Shown here: positions 17,033 through 26,320 of the stretch, one piece after another
Numbering within the stretch: position 1 is the first letter of the stretch
How the letters are laid out: each line of letters begins with the position of its first letter
Origin: Spirochaetia bacterium
Lineage (GTDB): Bacteria > Spirochaetota > Spirochaetia > SZUA-6 > Bin103
DNA length: 64,000 nt
Direction: 5' to 3'
Assembly: GCA_965208575.1 (NCBI GenBank)
Contig: CBDBOV010000001.1
Coordinates: forward strand, 288,001-352,000
Program-made: the position numbers and the translations under genes
Notes under the pieces: model-generated
The model's input: the letters and a program-made list of their open reading frames with translations, nothing else
Databases searched by the model: none
Told to the model about the DNA's origin: nothing

Positions 17033-19765
17033 TCAGGTGCGGGCGGCGAATTCGGCGTCGCGCACCACGAACGTGCCGTCAGGCAGCGAGTCGTCTTCCA
17101 CCAGTTCGAGACCCTCCGCGCGCACCGCGCTGATCACGTCGGCGGTTACCGGTTCCACGGCCCGGATGGCGCCGGAGTGACCGGCGAGCTGCATGGAACT
17201 GATGGCGCGCGCCACCGACACGCCGGACTGTGTCTTGTGGCGGTGGATGGCGGCCAGGGATGACTTGGCGGCGGCGAAGCTGGCCTCGCTGTCGGGCCGG
17301 CGGAACGCGGCGAATTCGGCCTCCGTGGGCCACGGCGCGCGATGCACCGAGCAGGCCGCCGGCAACGCCGCACCGGCTTCCGGATCGGCCCCGTTCAGCG
17401 CGCCGTCGACGCCGCGCGCGCCGGCCACCCGCAGCGCGTAGTCCCACGACCACAGCTCCTCGGTAATGTAGGGCAGCACCGGGGCGAACATGCGGACCAG
17501 CACGCCGAGCGCGAAGTCCAGGGTGGCCACCGCCGATGCGCGCTCCTGCTCGCTGACGCCGCCCTCACCCTTGGCGCGGTTCTTGGCCAGCTCTATGTAG
17601 GAGTCGGTGAAGTTGTCCCAGAAGAACGCCTCGGTGTGGGCGAGCCCGGTGGCGTAGTCGAACGCTTCGTGCGCCGCGCCGGCCTGCAGCACCAGGCCGC
17701 GCAGGGCGGCCAGAAAGCCGCGGTCCAGCTCTGCGCTCACCATGCCCGGGTGGGGCGGCTCGCCGCCCCACCCGGCGCGTGCACCGGCGACGATCCCGGC
17801 CACGAACTTGCCGGCGTTGTACAGCTTGGTCACCAGCCGCCGCCCGATCTTGAACACCGACTCGTCGTAGGCGGTGTCCACCCCCAGGCGGGCGCTCGCC
17901 GCCCAGTAGCGCGCGGCGTCCGCGTGGTGGGTCTCGATGATCTGCTGCGGGGTGACGGTGTTGCCGCGGCTCTTCGACATCTTCTTGCGGTCGGGGTCGA
18001 GGATCCATCCCGAGATCAGGGCGTGATGCCAGGGGATGGTGTCGAAGTGCAGGTGCGCCTTGGCGATGGTATAGAAGGCCCAGGTGCGGATGATGTCATG
18101 CGCCTGCGGGCGTACGTCCATGGGACAGAGCCGGCGGTGGCGCTGCGGGTTGCGCACCCAGCCGCTGGCGATTTCCGGGGTCAGCGAACTGGTGAACCAG
18201 GTGTCGAACACGTCCGCCTCGGCGGTGAACCCGCCCGGCCGGTCGCGCTGCTGTTCGCGATAGCCGGGCGGCACGTCGGTTAGCGGGTCGACCGGCAGCG
18301 CGGCGTCGTCGGCCAGCAACGGTCGCTCGTAGTCGGGCGCGCCGCCGGCGTCGAGCGGATACCACACCGGGAACGGCACGCCGAAGTAGCGCTGCCGGCT
18401 GATGCACCAGTCGAACTGCAGGTTCTCGGTCCAGTTGACGTAGCGGCTGAGCATGTAGCCGGGATGCCACTGGATTTCGCGCCCGCGCTCGATCAGCTCG
18501 TCCCGCTTGTCGGTGAGGCGCACGAACCATTGCCGGGTGGTGATGAACTCCAGCGGCCGGTCGCCCTGCTCGTAGTAGCGCACCGTGTGCTCGATGGGGC
18601 GCGGTTCGCCGCGCAGCGGCGGCCGGTGGCCGGCCGCGGCGCCGTCGGGGCGGCGCAACTGCTCGACGATGGCGGCGCGCGCCTGGCGCAGGTTGCGGCC
18701 GGCCAACTCGGCGTAAGAGCGGTTGGCGGCCTCCGGGTCGGCGCTGTCCCACTCGCCGCTGCCGAAGGTGACCTCCTGCAGGCGCCCGTTGGGAGCCACG
18801 ATCTGGCGCAGCGGCAGTTTCTGCTCCTGCCACCACTGCACGTCGGTGGTGTCCCCGAAGGTGCACACCATCAGGATGCCGGTGCCCTTGTCCGGATCGG
18901 CGAGCTCGGTGGCGAAGATCGGTACCCGCGCCCGGTACAGCGGCGTAACGGCGCGTGCTCCGAACAGTCCGCGGTAGCGTTCGTCGTCGGGATGGGCGGC
19001 CACGCCGACGCAGGCGGCGAGCAACTCGGGACGGGTGGTGGAGATCACGATCTCGCGGTCGGACCCCTCCACGCCGAACGCCAGGTCGTGGTAGTGGCCG
19101 GAGGTGGGGCGGTCCTGCACCTCGGCCTGCGCTACCGCGGTGCGGAAGTCGACGTCCCACATGGTGGGCGCCTCCGCGGTATAGAGATGCCCCTTGCGGT
19201 ACAGGTCGAGAAAGCTGTACTGCGCCAGGTGGCGGCTCGGCTCGCCGATGGTGGCGTACTCCTCGTGCCAATCCACCGACAGGCCGATGGTTTGCCACAC
19301 CCTCATGAACGCCTTCTCGTCCTCGGCGGTGACCAGGCCGCACAGCTCGATGAAGTTGCGCCGCGAAACCGCCCGCGGCGGCGACTTGAAGGTCTTGCTG
19401 GTGGCCATCGGCAACTCGAGGCCGGGCTCGTAGGGCAGGCCCGGCTCGCAACGCACGTGGAAGTAGTTCTGCACCCGCCGCTCGGTGGGCAGGCCGTTGT
19501 CGTCCCAGCCCATCGGGTAGAACACGTGCTTGCCGCGCATGCGCTGGTAGCGCGCCACCACGTCGGCCTGGGTGTAGCTGAACACATGGCCGACGTGCAG
19601 TGAGCCCGACACGGTGGGCGGCGGAGTATCCACCACGAACGCCTGCTCGCGGGTGTGGCCCGGGTCGTAGCGGTACACGCCGGCGCGTTCCCACCAGGCG
19701 CGGACGTGCTGTTCCCGGCGGGCGGCATCGTAGTGTCTCGGCAGCTTGCGCGGATCGAAGGTCAT
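17033..19765 (-). CDS. valS: Valine--tRNA ligase (type lacking the C-terminal coiled-coil arm)
   Basis: DTPPPTVSGSLHVGH, GWDDNGLPTE, DWCISRQRYFG, DTWFTSS and KMSKS motifs. Confidence 0.95.
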   Translation of the reverse strand: MTFDPRKLPRHYDAARREQHVRAWWERAGVYRYDPGHTREQAFVVDTPPPTVSGSLHVGHVFSYTQADVVARYQRMRGKHVFYPMGWDDNGLPTERRVQNYFHVRCEPGLPYEPGLELPMATSKTFKSPPRAVSRRNFIELCGLVTAEDEKAFMRVWQTIGLSVDWHEEYATIGEPSRHLAQYSFLDLYRKGHLYTAEAPTMWDVDFRTAVAQAEVQDRPTSGHYHDLAFGVEGSDREIVISTTRPELLAACVGVAAHPDDERYRGLFGARAVTPLYRARVPIFATELADPDKGTGILMVCTFGDTTDVQWWQEQKLPLRQIVAPNGRLQEVTFGSGEWDSADPEAANRSYAELAGRNLRQARAAIVEQLRRPDGAAAGHRPPLRGEPRPIEHTVRYYEQGDRPLEFITTRQWFVRLTDKRDELIERGREIQWHPGYMLSRYVNWTENLQFDWCISRQRYFGVPFPVWYPLDAGGAPDYERPLLADDAALPVDPLTDVPPGYREQQRDRPGGFTAEADVFDTWFTSSLTPEIASGWVRNPQRHRRLCPMDVRPQAHDIIRTWAFYTIAKAHLHFDTIPWHHALISGWILDPDRKKMSKSRGNTVTPQQIIETHHADAARYWAASARLGVDTAYDESVFKIGRRLVTKLYNAGKFVAGIVAGARAGWGGEPPHPGMVSAELDRGFLAALRGLVLQAGAAHEAFDYATGLAHTEAFFWDNFTDSYIELAKNRAKGEGGVSEQERASAVATLDFALGVLVRMFAPVLPYITEELWSWDYALRVAGARGVDGALNGADPEAGAALPAACSVHRAPWPTEAEFAAFRRPDSEASFAAAKSSLAAIHRHKTQSGVSVARAISSMQLAGHSGAIRAVEPVTADVISAVRAEGLELVEDDSLPDGTFVVRDAEFAART

Positions 19766-19849
19766 GTTCGGTGAGCCGTCCTGTCAGCAGCGCCCGTCGC
19801 CGCGGCCGCGGCCGGAGCGTGGCCGCGGCGAAGGCAAGTGGGCGGGCTG

Positions 19850-20332
19850 CTAATAATCGTAGCCGAGTTCGGCGGCGGCGACGCCCACCTGCACGACGCG
19901 GGTCTGGTCCACCCCGCCGACGGCGACGTACTTGAACACCGCCGAATCGAGCTCGCGTGGCTGGGCGTGCTGCACCACGACGGCGGCGAGGCCGCTGAAC
20001 AGCGCGGCGAACGGCGCCGCCTGGGTGCCGGCGTCCACGTCGGTCGGGAATGCGAAGCCGGTGCCGGGATTGTTGGTGTACACGATCTGGCCGTTCTCGT
20101 CGCTGATCCAGAACTCGGAGATGACGCTCTGCGCCGCCACCTTCCTCAGGATCCAGTTGATCTCGTCGGTGCTGTATCCGGCCTGCCGCGCGGCGTCGAT
20201 GAAGTGCGCCGTCAACATCGCCTGGGCTACCATGTGCTTGGAGGTCGCCTCCTCGACCGACACCGGGTCGGCAGCGGCGACTCCGCTCAGCGCCGCACCG
20301 AGCACCAGGACCAATATCGCAATTCGTTTCAT
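19850..20332 (-). CDS. Small secreted protein resembling a stand-alone Cache/PAS-like sensor domain
   Basis: GAGGAG RBS, ATG 20332, signal peptide MKRIAILVLVLGAALSGVAAA; EFWISDENGQIVYTN...FKYVAVGGVD...VVQVG pattern. Confidence 0.65.
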   Translation of the reverse strand: MKRIAILVLVLGAALSGVAAADPVSVEEATSKHMVAQAMLTAHFIDAARQAGYSTDEINWILRKVAAQSVISEFWISDENGQIVYTNNPGTGFAFPTDVDAGTQAAPFAALFSGLAAVVVQHAQPRELDSAVFKYVAVGGVDQTRVVQVGVAAAELGYDY

Positions 20333-20716
20333 GAATCTTCTCCTCACGCTTAACTTGTTCACCATTGGCTCGGTCGGGTCAAGGGCTGCCGCCAGGCGAT
20401 CCGAAGCGCACATGGCTCCCTATTGCCTCACGTAAAAATCTAACCTTACGGTGAGCGTGCCTCACGTAAGAATCTAACCGAAAGGGAGGCGGAGAACGAG
20501 GGGGGAGCGCGAGGGGGGAGACTCATAAATTGTGGATAAGTGGATAGGCTGCTGGGCGACCGGCCGGGTTGATTCAAGCACACCAACGCGACCGGGGGCG
20601 TATCTGGTTGGTCGGCGCGGATGAGGAGGCGTCAACGGCAGGGAGGTGGTCGGTGCCGTGTCGTGTCGCTGACCGAAGAGGGGGCGGACGGGTCTGGAGG
20701 CGACTTCGGTGCTGGT

Positions 20717-20847
20717 GACACGGGGATGTCCAGACACCACCTCGTGTCGCGGAGAGGCCTTACAGCGCGGCTGAGGCGACATTTCTTGACGCCGACCGTC
20801 TGGCTCACGGATATACGGGCGTCAGAGACGCTCAGAAGTCATTTGCC
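20717..20847. repeat. Hairpin-rich direct repeat, copy A
   Basis: GACACGGGGATGTCCAGACACCACCTCGTGTCGCGGAGAGGCCTTACAGCGCGGCTGAGGCGAC...; near-identical core at 22689. Confidence 0.8.
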
Positions 20848-20996
20848 GAGCCGGGTGATGCCGCCCACGCCGCGAGCGGCGCGCAGGTTGCTGCGGAGCG
20901 CACGGAGCGAGGCGCCCCGGACAACTGCACCGAGGTGCGTTGCCCGGGGCAGGGTCATGACAATTCCCCACCGCCGGGACGGGGTAGGCGACGAGG

Positions 20997-22670
20997 TTGC
21001 GACACCGGAGCCGTCGGGATCGAACGGGGCGGAGGAGATGCTGTACCCCGCTGACGGACGGAGGGCGTAGCCCGACCGGAGTCAGCCGGCGCGGTGCCGT
21101 GGAGGCCACCGTGGACGACGCCGAGATGGCGGACCAGGCAGCCAAGCTGCTCGCTTCCGGGATGAGCGGCTCAGCCTGCGCTCGCGAACTCGGCATCCCG
21201 GTGAGCACCTTCAACGAGAACCGCCGCGCCGGCGTCATCACAGATCCCACCCGGGAGCCCGCCGCCAGCGCCGAGGTTGCGCCGGCGGCCACCACCACTG
21301 ATCACCCGGTCAGCACCGCCGCCGCGGTCAGCGACCCGGCGGTCGCCACTGAGCGCGCCAGCCGCGACGCCCGCGACAAGCACGCGCCCATGGGCCGCGC
21401 GGCGCGCGACGTGGAACGCCGCACGCTCGCCAGAGCCGGCCTGCTGACCGAGGCCACACCAGCGTTCGTCGAGCCCGCCCACGCGGTCGCTGGCGGCGGC
21501 GTGCTGGCCGCACTGGCGATGCTGCTGCGCGAGGGCCTGCTCACCGCCGCCAACCGCCTGTTCCGCCTGCCGGCCGGATTCTACGGCCTGACCACCATCC
21601 TCCTGTTCGTCGCCTGCATGACCCTGGCCCGGGTGCGCAACCCCGAGAGCCTGCGCTACCAGGCACCCGGCGAGTGGGGCGCCATCCTCGGCCTCGACCG
21701 CTGTCCGGAGACCAAGACGCTGCGCCGCAAGATCAGGCTGCTGGCCAGCGCCGAGCACACCGTGCGCGATTGGCAATCGGTACTGGCGCGTACCTGGGCC
21801 AGCGAGCACGACGACGACTGGACGACGCTGGCCGTGGATGGCCACGTGAAGGTGTACACCGGGCGCAACGGGCGGTTGCCGAAACACTTCGTCGCACGCC
21901 AGAAGCTGTGTCTGCCGGCGTCGGTGAGCTACTGGATCAACGCCCTCGGCGGCGCACCGCTGCTGTGCCTGCACAAGGCGCTGGACCCGAAGCCGGTGAA
22001 TGCGATCAAGCACGACGTGGTGCCGCAGTTGCAGCACCTGGGGGTGGTGACCGAAGCGGCCCCCGACCTGACCGGAGCACCGGCCGGTACCCCGCAGCTG
22101 ACCCTGGTGTTCGACCGCGAGGGCTGGAGCCCGGACCTGTTCAAGCGCCTGGCCCGGCGTGGCATCGCCTGCATCACCTGGCACAAGAACTTCAACGGCG
22201 CGGACTGGCTGCCGGAAGACTTCCACACCTTCGAGGTACCGATCCATGGTCCCGCCGGCACCAGCACGACTGCGGTTGATCTGGCCGAGCAGCCGATCAT
22301 GCTGCGCAACGGGCTGGTGGTGCGCCAGATCCGGCGGCGTCTGGCCAACGGTCGTCAGGTGGCGGTGATCACCACGCACCCGCAGATGCCGTTGGCGCAG
22401 GTCGCCGGCGCCATGTTCTCGCGCTGGTCGCAGGAGAACTTCTTCAAGTACCTGCGCGAGCAGTTCAACCTTGACGCGCTGCCGAGCCATGACCTTGCGC
22501 CGCCGGAGCCCGACGCACGGGTCGTGAACCGGTGCGCCGGGCCCTGGAAAAGAGCATCAGGCGGGTACGCAGCCGGCTGGCAGCGGTCCGCAATCGCCTC
22601 GCCGAGGCACTGCAGGGACGGCACCGGGACTCCGCCACCCGGCTTACGGTCGCGGATAAAGTTGCACTGA
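20997..22670 (+). pseudogene. Large DDE-type putative transposase, frameshifted (~22530) and 3'-truncated
   Basis: HTH (ACARELGIPVSTF), LGLDRCPETKTLR, LAVDGHVKVY, LVFDREGWSP, RWSQENFFKY. The continuation VRRALEKSIRR is in another frame and breaks off near 22650. Confidence 0.75.
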
Positions 22671-22688
22671 ATTGCATGGTTATGCATA

Positions 22689-22822
22689 GACACGGGGGTA
22701 TCCAGACACCACCTCGTGTCGTGGAGGGGCCTTACAGCGCGGCTGAGGCGACGTTTTCTCATCGCTGACCGCCCATTCTCCGATTATCGACCGTCAGACC
22801 CGCCTGAGAGGGTCATTTTGCC
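22689..22822. repeat. Hairpin-rich direct repeat, copy A'
   Basis: GACACGGGGGTATCCAGACACCACCTCGTGTCGTGGAGGGGCCTTACAGCGCGGCTGAGGCGAC...; lies immediately 3' of the rve transposase gene. Confidence 0.8.
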
Positions 22823-24087
22823 GTGCGACCGCTGCCACCACGCTCCTCGCTCGGTGTTTGCACCGTGCTTGGTGCGGCCTTGGCGGTCTTGCTGACGTTC
22901 AGCTGCAGCAGATCCTCGGTCAACCTGGTCAGCTCGCGCTTGAGGGCGACCGGATTCAACGTCGCGTACTGCTGCTTGAGGCGGTTCTTCACCTTCTCGC
23001 TCACCGACTCGGAGGCCAGCATGCGGTGATACGGCGTCTGCGGGTCGTCATAGATGCGGCGCACCTTGCTGCCGGTGCGGGTTTTCTTCACCAGCTTCAC
23101 CGAGGGATAGAAGAAGTTCACCAGCAGGCACAGCGGGCGGTATATCGCGTTGAGGGCAGCCAGTTCCCGGTCGGTGTCGTAACGCAGGTGGCCGACCGCC
23201 CGTCGCACCACGTGGCCATTCTTCTGCTCGACGTAGCAGGTGTCGTTCTTGCGATGCGGGCGACCCCGAGTGAACGTGATGCCGTGCGCTTCGCAATAGC
23301 GCAGCAAATGATGATTGATGAACTCGCTGCCGTTGTCGGTGTCGATCCCCCGCATCACGATCGGCAGGCTCTGCCGGGCAGCGTCGATCGCCTCGTGGGT
23401 CCAGCGCTGCGCCTTGTTCTGCACGCCGTACAGGTCGACCCAGCCGGTGTCAACGTCGGTGATGGTGAGCGTGTGGCAGAAGTCGCCTGACGCGTTGCCG
23501 CCTTCATGGCCCACCAAGTCGATCTCGAAGAAGCCCGGCTCCTGCTCGTCCCAGTCAGCGAAGGTTCGGATCGCGATCTGATCCTTCAGGAGGGTGCCCG
23601 GCTTGGTGTGCGTGCGACCCTTCAGGCGCAGCCGTGCGCGCTCCTGCTGCAGCAGCCGGTCGATGGTCGCGGCGCTGATGGTCTGCAGCTTGCCGCGCAC
23701 CGCTGCGGTCAGCTCGATCTCGCCGAACGACTCCAGCGTCGGCAGCATGGTGCGCAGCACGACCACCAGGCGCTTGCCGCACATGCAGTCGAACACGTAC
23801 CAGATCAGCTTCAGAGCGACCAGCACCTCCTGGTCGTAGCGCCGCGGTCGCACGCGGCGCTGGGCAGGCCGCGGACGCCCGACCACCAGCTTCACCAGTG
23901 TGCCGTCGACTCGCACCATGCGGGTCCGTCCCCACCAGGTCAACAGATGGATCGCGTACTTGCGCTGGTACCCGGTCGACTCGACGAACTCGTCGAGTAT
24001 GCGCCCCTTCTCCTTCTTGCCCGCCCGACGATACCGCTGCGCGTGCTGCTCGGTGAGCTCTCGCCTTGAACTCATCTTCAACCCCAT
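22813..24087 (-). CDS. rve/integrase-core DDE transposase (ISNCY-like)
   Basis: RYRRAGKKEKGRILDEF..TGYQRKYAIHLL; SAATIDRLL; D (EIDLVGH), D (IDTDNGSEF), E (YVEQKN); GGAG RBS. Confidence 0.9.
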   Translation of the reverse strand: MGLKMSSRRELTEQHAQRYRRAGKKEKGRILDEFVESTGYQRKYAIHLLTWWGRTRMVRVDGTLVKLVVGRPRPAQRRVRPRRYDQEVLVALKLIWYVFDCMCGKRLVVVLRTMLPTLESFGEIELTAAVRGKLQTISAATIDRLLQQERARLRLKGRTHTKPGTLLKDQIAIRTFADWDEQEPGFFEIDLVGHEGGNASGDFCHTLTITDVDTGWVDLYGVQNKAQRWTHEAIDAARQSLPIVMRGIDTDNGSEFINHHLLRYCEAHGITFTRGRPHRKNDTCYVEQKNGHVVRRAVGHLRYDTDRELAALNAIYRPLCLLVNFFYPSVKLVKKTRTGSKVRRIYDDPQTPYHRMLASESVSEKVKNRLKQQYATLNPVALKRELTRLTEDLLQLNVSKTAKAAPSTVQTPSEERGGSGRTAK

Positions 24088-24256
24088 CTCCTCCGGAACC
24101 TCCTCACGTCCCTCGGAGAGGCTCCAACCGGACCCGGAAGGTCCAGCCCGTTCGGTTAGATTTTTAGATGAGGCATGCTTTCGCTACGGTTAGATTTTCG
24201 ATGAGTCAATGCGGGCTCTTGTTCCCGGCCCGGACCTGTACTACGATTCGCGCACC

Positions 24257-24562
24257 GTGGCGAGACGAAATGGCAGTGACAGCGGTGCGGGGCCCCGGCA
24301 GCGGTTGCTGTACATCCACGCGCAGACGCCGAATCCGTTGTCGCCGGTGCTGGAGATGACCATCTACGAGCCGGTGAAGGACTTTCGGATCGAGTTGACG
24401 GCCGACGAGCCGGAGTTCGGCTACGCCACCGTGCACGAGGCGGTCGTCGACGGCTGGCAGATCGTGCAGTTCCCCCTGCACCAGGCGGAATACGATGATG
24501 ACGAGATCGACATGGTGGGATACGAGTTCATCCTGCAGAAGATGGAGGTAATGGACGGATGA
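24257..24562 (+). CDS. Small acidic hypothetical protein coupled to PhyH
   Basis: RQRLLYIH...YATVHEAVVDGWQIVQFP...GYEFILQK; ATGA overlap with the next gene; start uncertain. Confidence 0.65.
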   Translation: MARRNGSDSGAGPRQRLLYIHAQTPNPLSPVLEMTIYEPVKDFRIELTADEPEFGYATVHEAVVDGWQIVQFPLHQAEYDDDEIDMVGYEFILQKMEVMDG

Positions 24563-25407
24563 GTACGACATTGACCGCGGCCCCGGATGCCGCCGGGAAG
24601 AGCGCCGAACAGAAGCAGTGCACGTTGGCGCCGTACCTGCTCGACGACCTGCAGGTGGTCGACTTCATCGTGAACGGCTATCACGTCGTGAAGCCGGACC
24701 TGCGGCCCGGTCTGAACGAAGCCATCGCTGCCAGGCTGGACGTGATGGAGCGCAACCCCGGTGATGCGATCTGCGACGAGGTGCCGGAACTGAACGAGGT
24801 GCTCGACCACCCGGCGGTGCGCGGCGCGCTCGTAAGCCTGGCGGGCAGGAACTTCGAGACCATGTTCCACCGCCACTGGCACTGCAAGGAGCCGGGCACG
24901 TCCTACATGCACTGGCACCAGGACGGCAAGAACCGGCGTGAGACCGGCATGGACAAGTTCCTGGGCCTGTACTACCCGGCCGACGTGACCGCGGACATGG
25001 GGCCGACCATCATCGTGCCCGCCACCCAGTACCGCAACGCTCCCACCGACCGCATGCGCACCTACGGCAACATCCGCGGCCAGGTGCCGCTGGTGGTGGA
25101 GGCGGGCACGTTCGCCATTACCCACTACGACCTGTGGCACGGCACCGCGGCCAACAGGTCCGGCAAGCGGCGCCACATGGTGAAGTTCCTGTTCGCGCGC
25201 ACGGCGCCGAACGAGTCGGCTACCTGGAAGCACGAGCCCGAGTGCATGAACCGGCTGCGTGACTGGAACCTGCGCGAGCAGGCGGCGGATCCGTTCAACC
25301 GGCTCACCTTCGCCAATCCGCTGAACGTTTCGCAGAGCGACTCCTACAAGGAACGCGCCATCCGCCGCGACATCTGGCAGCAGCTCACCGGCGAGCCGCT
25401 CGGCTAG
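24559..25407 (+). CDS. Phytanoyl-CoA dioxygenase (PhyH) family Fe(II)/2OG oxygenase
   Basis: FIVNGY, HWHQDG (HxD), MGPT..VPAT, distal LWH, R.MVKF. Confidence 0.85.
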   Translation: MSTTLTAAPDAAGKSAEQKQCTLAPYLLDDLQVVDFIVNGYHVVKPDLRPGLNEAIAARLDVMERNPGDAICDEVPELNEVLDHPAVRGALVSLAGRNFETMFHRHWHCKEPGTSYMHWHQDGKNRRETGMDKFLGLYYPADVTADMGPTIIVPATQYRNAPTDRMRTYGNIRGQVPLVVEAGTFAITHYDLWHGTAANRSGKRRHMVKFLFARTAPNESATWKHEPECMNRLRDWNLREQAADPFNRLTFANPLNVSQSDSYKERAIRRDIWQQLTGEPLG

Positions 25408-25436
25408 CCGATGCGGGCCATCGGGCGGGGAGCAGC

Positions 25437-25850
25437 ATGAACACGCGACCGGGCCGGCTGCGCCACGTGGCGCCCCTGTTCTTCGTGCGCGACGTGGTGG
25501 CCGCCACCGAGTACTACGTGCGCGCGCTCGGGTTCACACAGCCGCCCTACTGGGGCGATCCGCCCGCCTTCGCCATGCCCAGCCGCGACGGCGTGGTGAT
25601 CATGCTGAAGCGGGCGGAGCGCGGCGACCCGATTCGCAGCAACAACCCGGGCCGGGATCCGCGCCACGGGCCGTGGGATGCCTACGTGTGGGTGGACGAC
25701 GCGCGCGCCCTGCACGCCGAGGTGGCGGCCGCCGGGGCCGACGTGGCGTACGGCCCGCTGCTGCAGCAGGAGTACGGCAACTGGGAGTTCGCGGTGCGCG
25801 ACCGCGACGGCTACCTGGTCGCCTTCGGCTCCGACGCGGGCACGGCATAG
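25437..25850 (+). CDS. VOC / glyoxalase-bleomycin resistance family protein
   Basis: VAPLFFVRDVVAATEYYVRALGF...AYVWVDD...YGNWEFAVRDRDGYLVAF. Confidence 0.88.
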   Translation: MNTRPGRLRHVAPLFFVRDVVAATEYYVRALGFTQPPYWGDPPAFAMPSRDGVVIMLKRAERGDPIRSNNPGRDPRHGPWDAYVWVDDARALHAEVAAAGADVAYGPLLQQEYGNWEFAVRDRDGYLVAFGSDAGTA

Positions 25851-25962
25851 CGTTCCGGACACCGTCGCCCAAGGTGCCCCGTGGCCGGAGCGGCCGACGC
25901 GGCAGTGCCCTGCCGGGTGGGCGCGGCGCCGCATCCGTTGCCCCCCGCGACGGGTATCCGGC

Positions 25963-26232
25963 GCCCGCCGGCAGCGGCTGCCGCCGTCACTCTGCCGGAT
26001 GCGCCCGCCGGCAGCGGCTGCCGCCGTCACTCTGCCGGATGCGCCCGCCGGAAGCGGTGCGGCCGTCGCTCCGCCGGATGCGCCCGGCAGGTGGCGGCTG
26101 CCGCCGTCGTTCTGCCGGATGCGCCCGGCCGGTGGCGGCTGCGGCCGTCGTTCTGCCGGATGCGCCCGGCCGGTGGCGGCTGCGGCCGCCGTTCTACCGG
26201 ATGCGCCCGGCAGGTGGCGGCTGCGGCCGCCG
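25963..26232. repeat. Tandem array of ~7 GC-rich 39-41-bp units between convergent genes
   Basis: Unit GCCGGATGCGCCCG(G)C(C/A)GG(C/T)(A/G)GCGGCTGC(C/G)GCCGTC(A/G)(C/T)TCT; no unique spacers. Confidence 0.85.
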
Positions 26233-26320
26233 GTGCCGCCGCGGCGACAGCGCGAGCGCCGTCCTCCGATCTCGGGCACCTGGCGGACGGGCTCGCGGCG
26301 CCATGGCAGTTGACCGGCTG

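Larger units (their letters stand above)
20422..24210 (-). mobile_element. ISNCY-like (rve integrase-type DDE) element with doubled terminal inverted repeats and internal cargo
   Basis: Left end: TGCCTCACGTAA(A/G)AATCTAACC at 20424 and 20458. Right end: inverted copies CGGTTAGATTTTTAGATGAGGCA (24153) and CGGTTAGATTTTCGATGAGTCA (24187). Transposase at 22813-24087. Confidence 0.8.

Noticed and set aside
20531-20539. Perfect DnaA box (TGTGGATAA; another near 53964) as a replication origin
   Set aside because: Isolated boxes, one inside a mobile element; no box cluster, unwinding element or dnaA/dnaN context.
22646-22688. TACGGTCGCGGATAAAGTTGCAC as the end of a third IS
   Set aside because: It marks the truncation point of the broken transposase, but no partner inverted repeat was found in the window.
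25963-26232. Possible CRISPR array
   Set aside because: The units are contiguous tandem copies without unique spacers, and there are no cas genes in the window.
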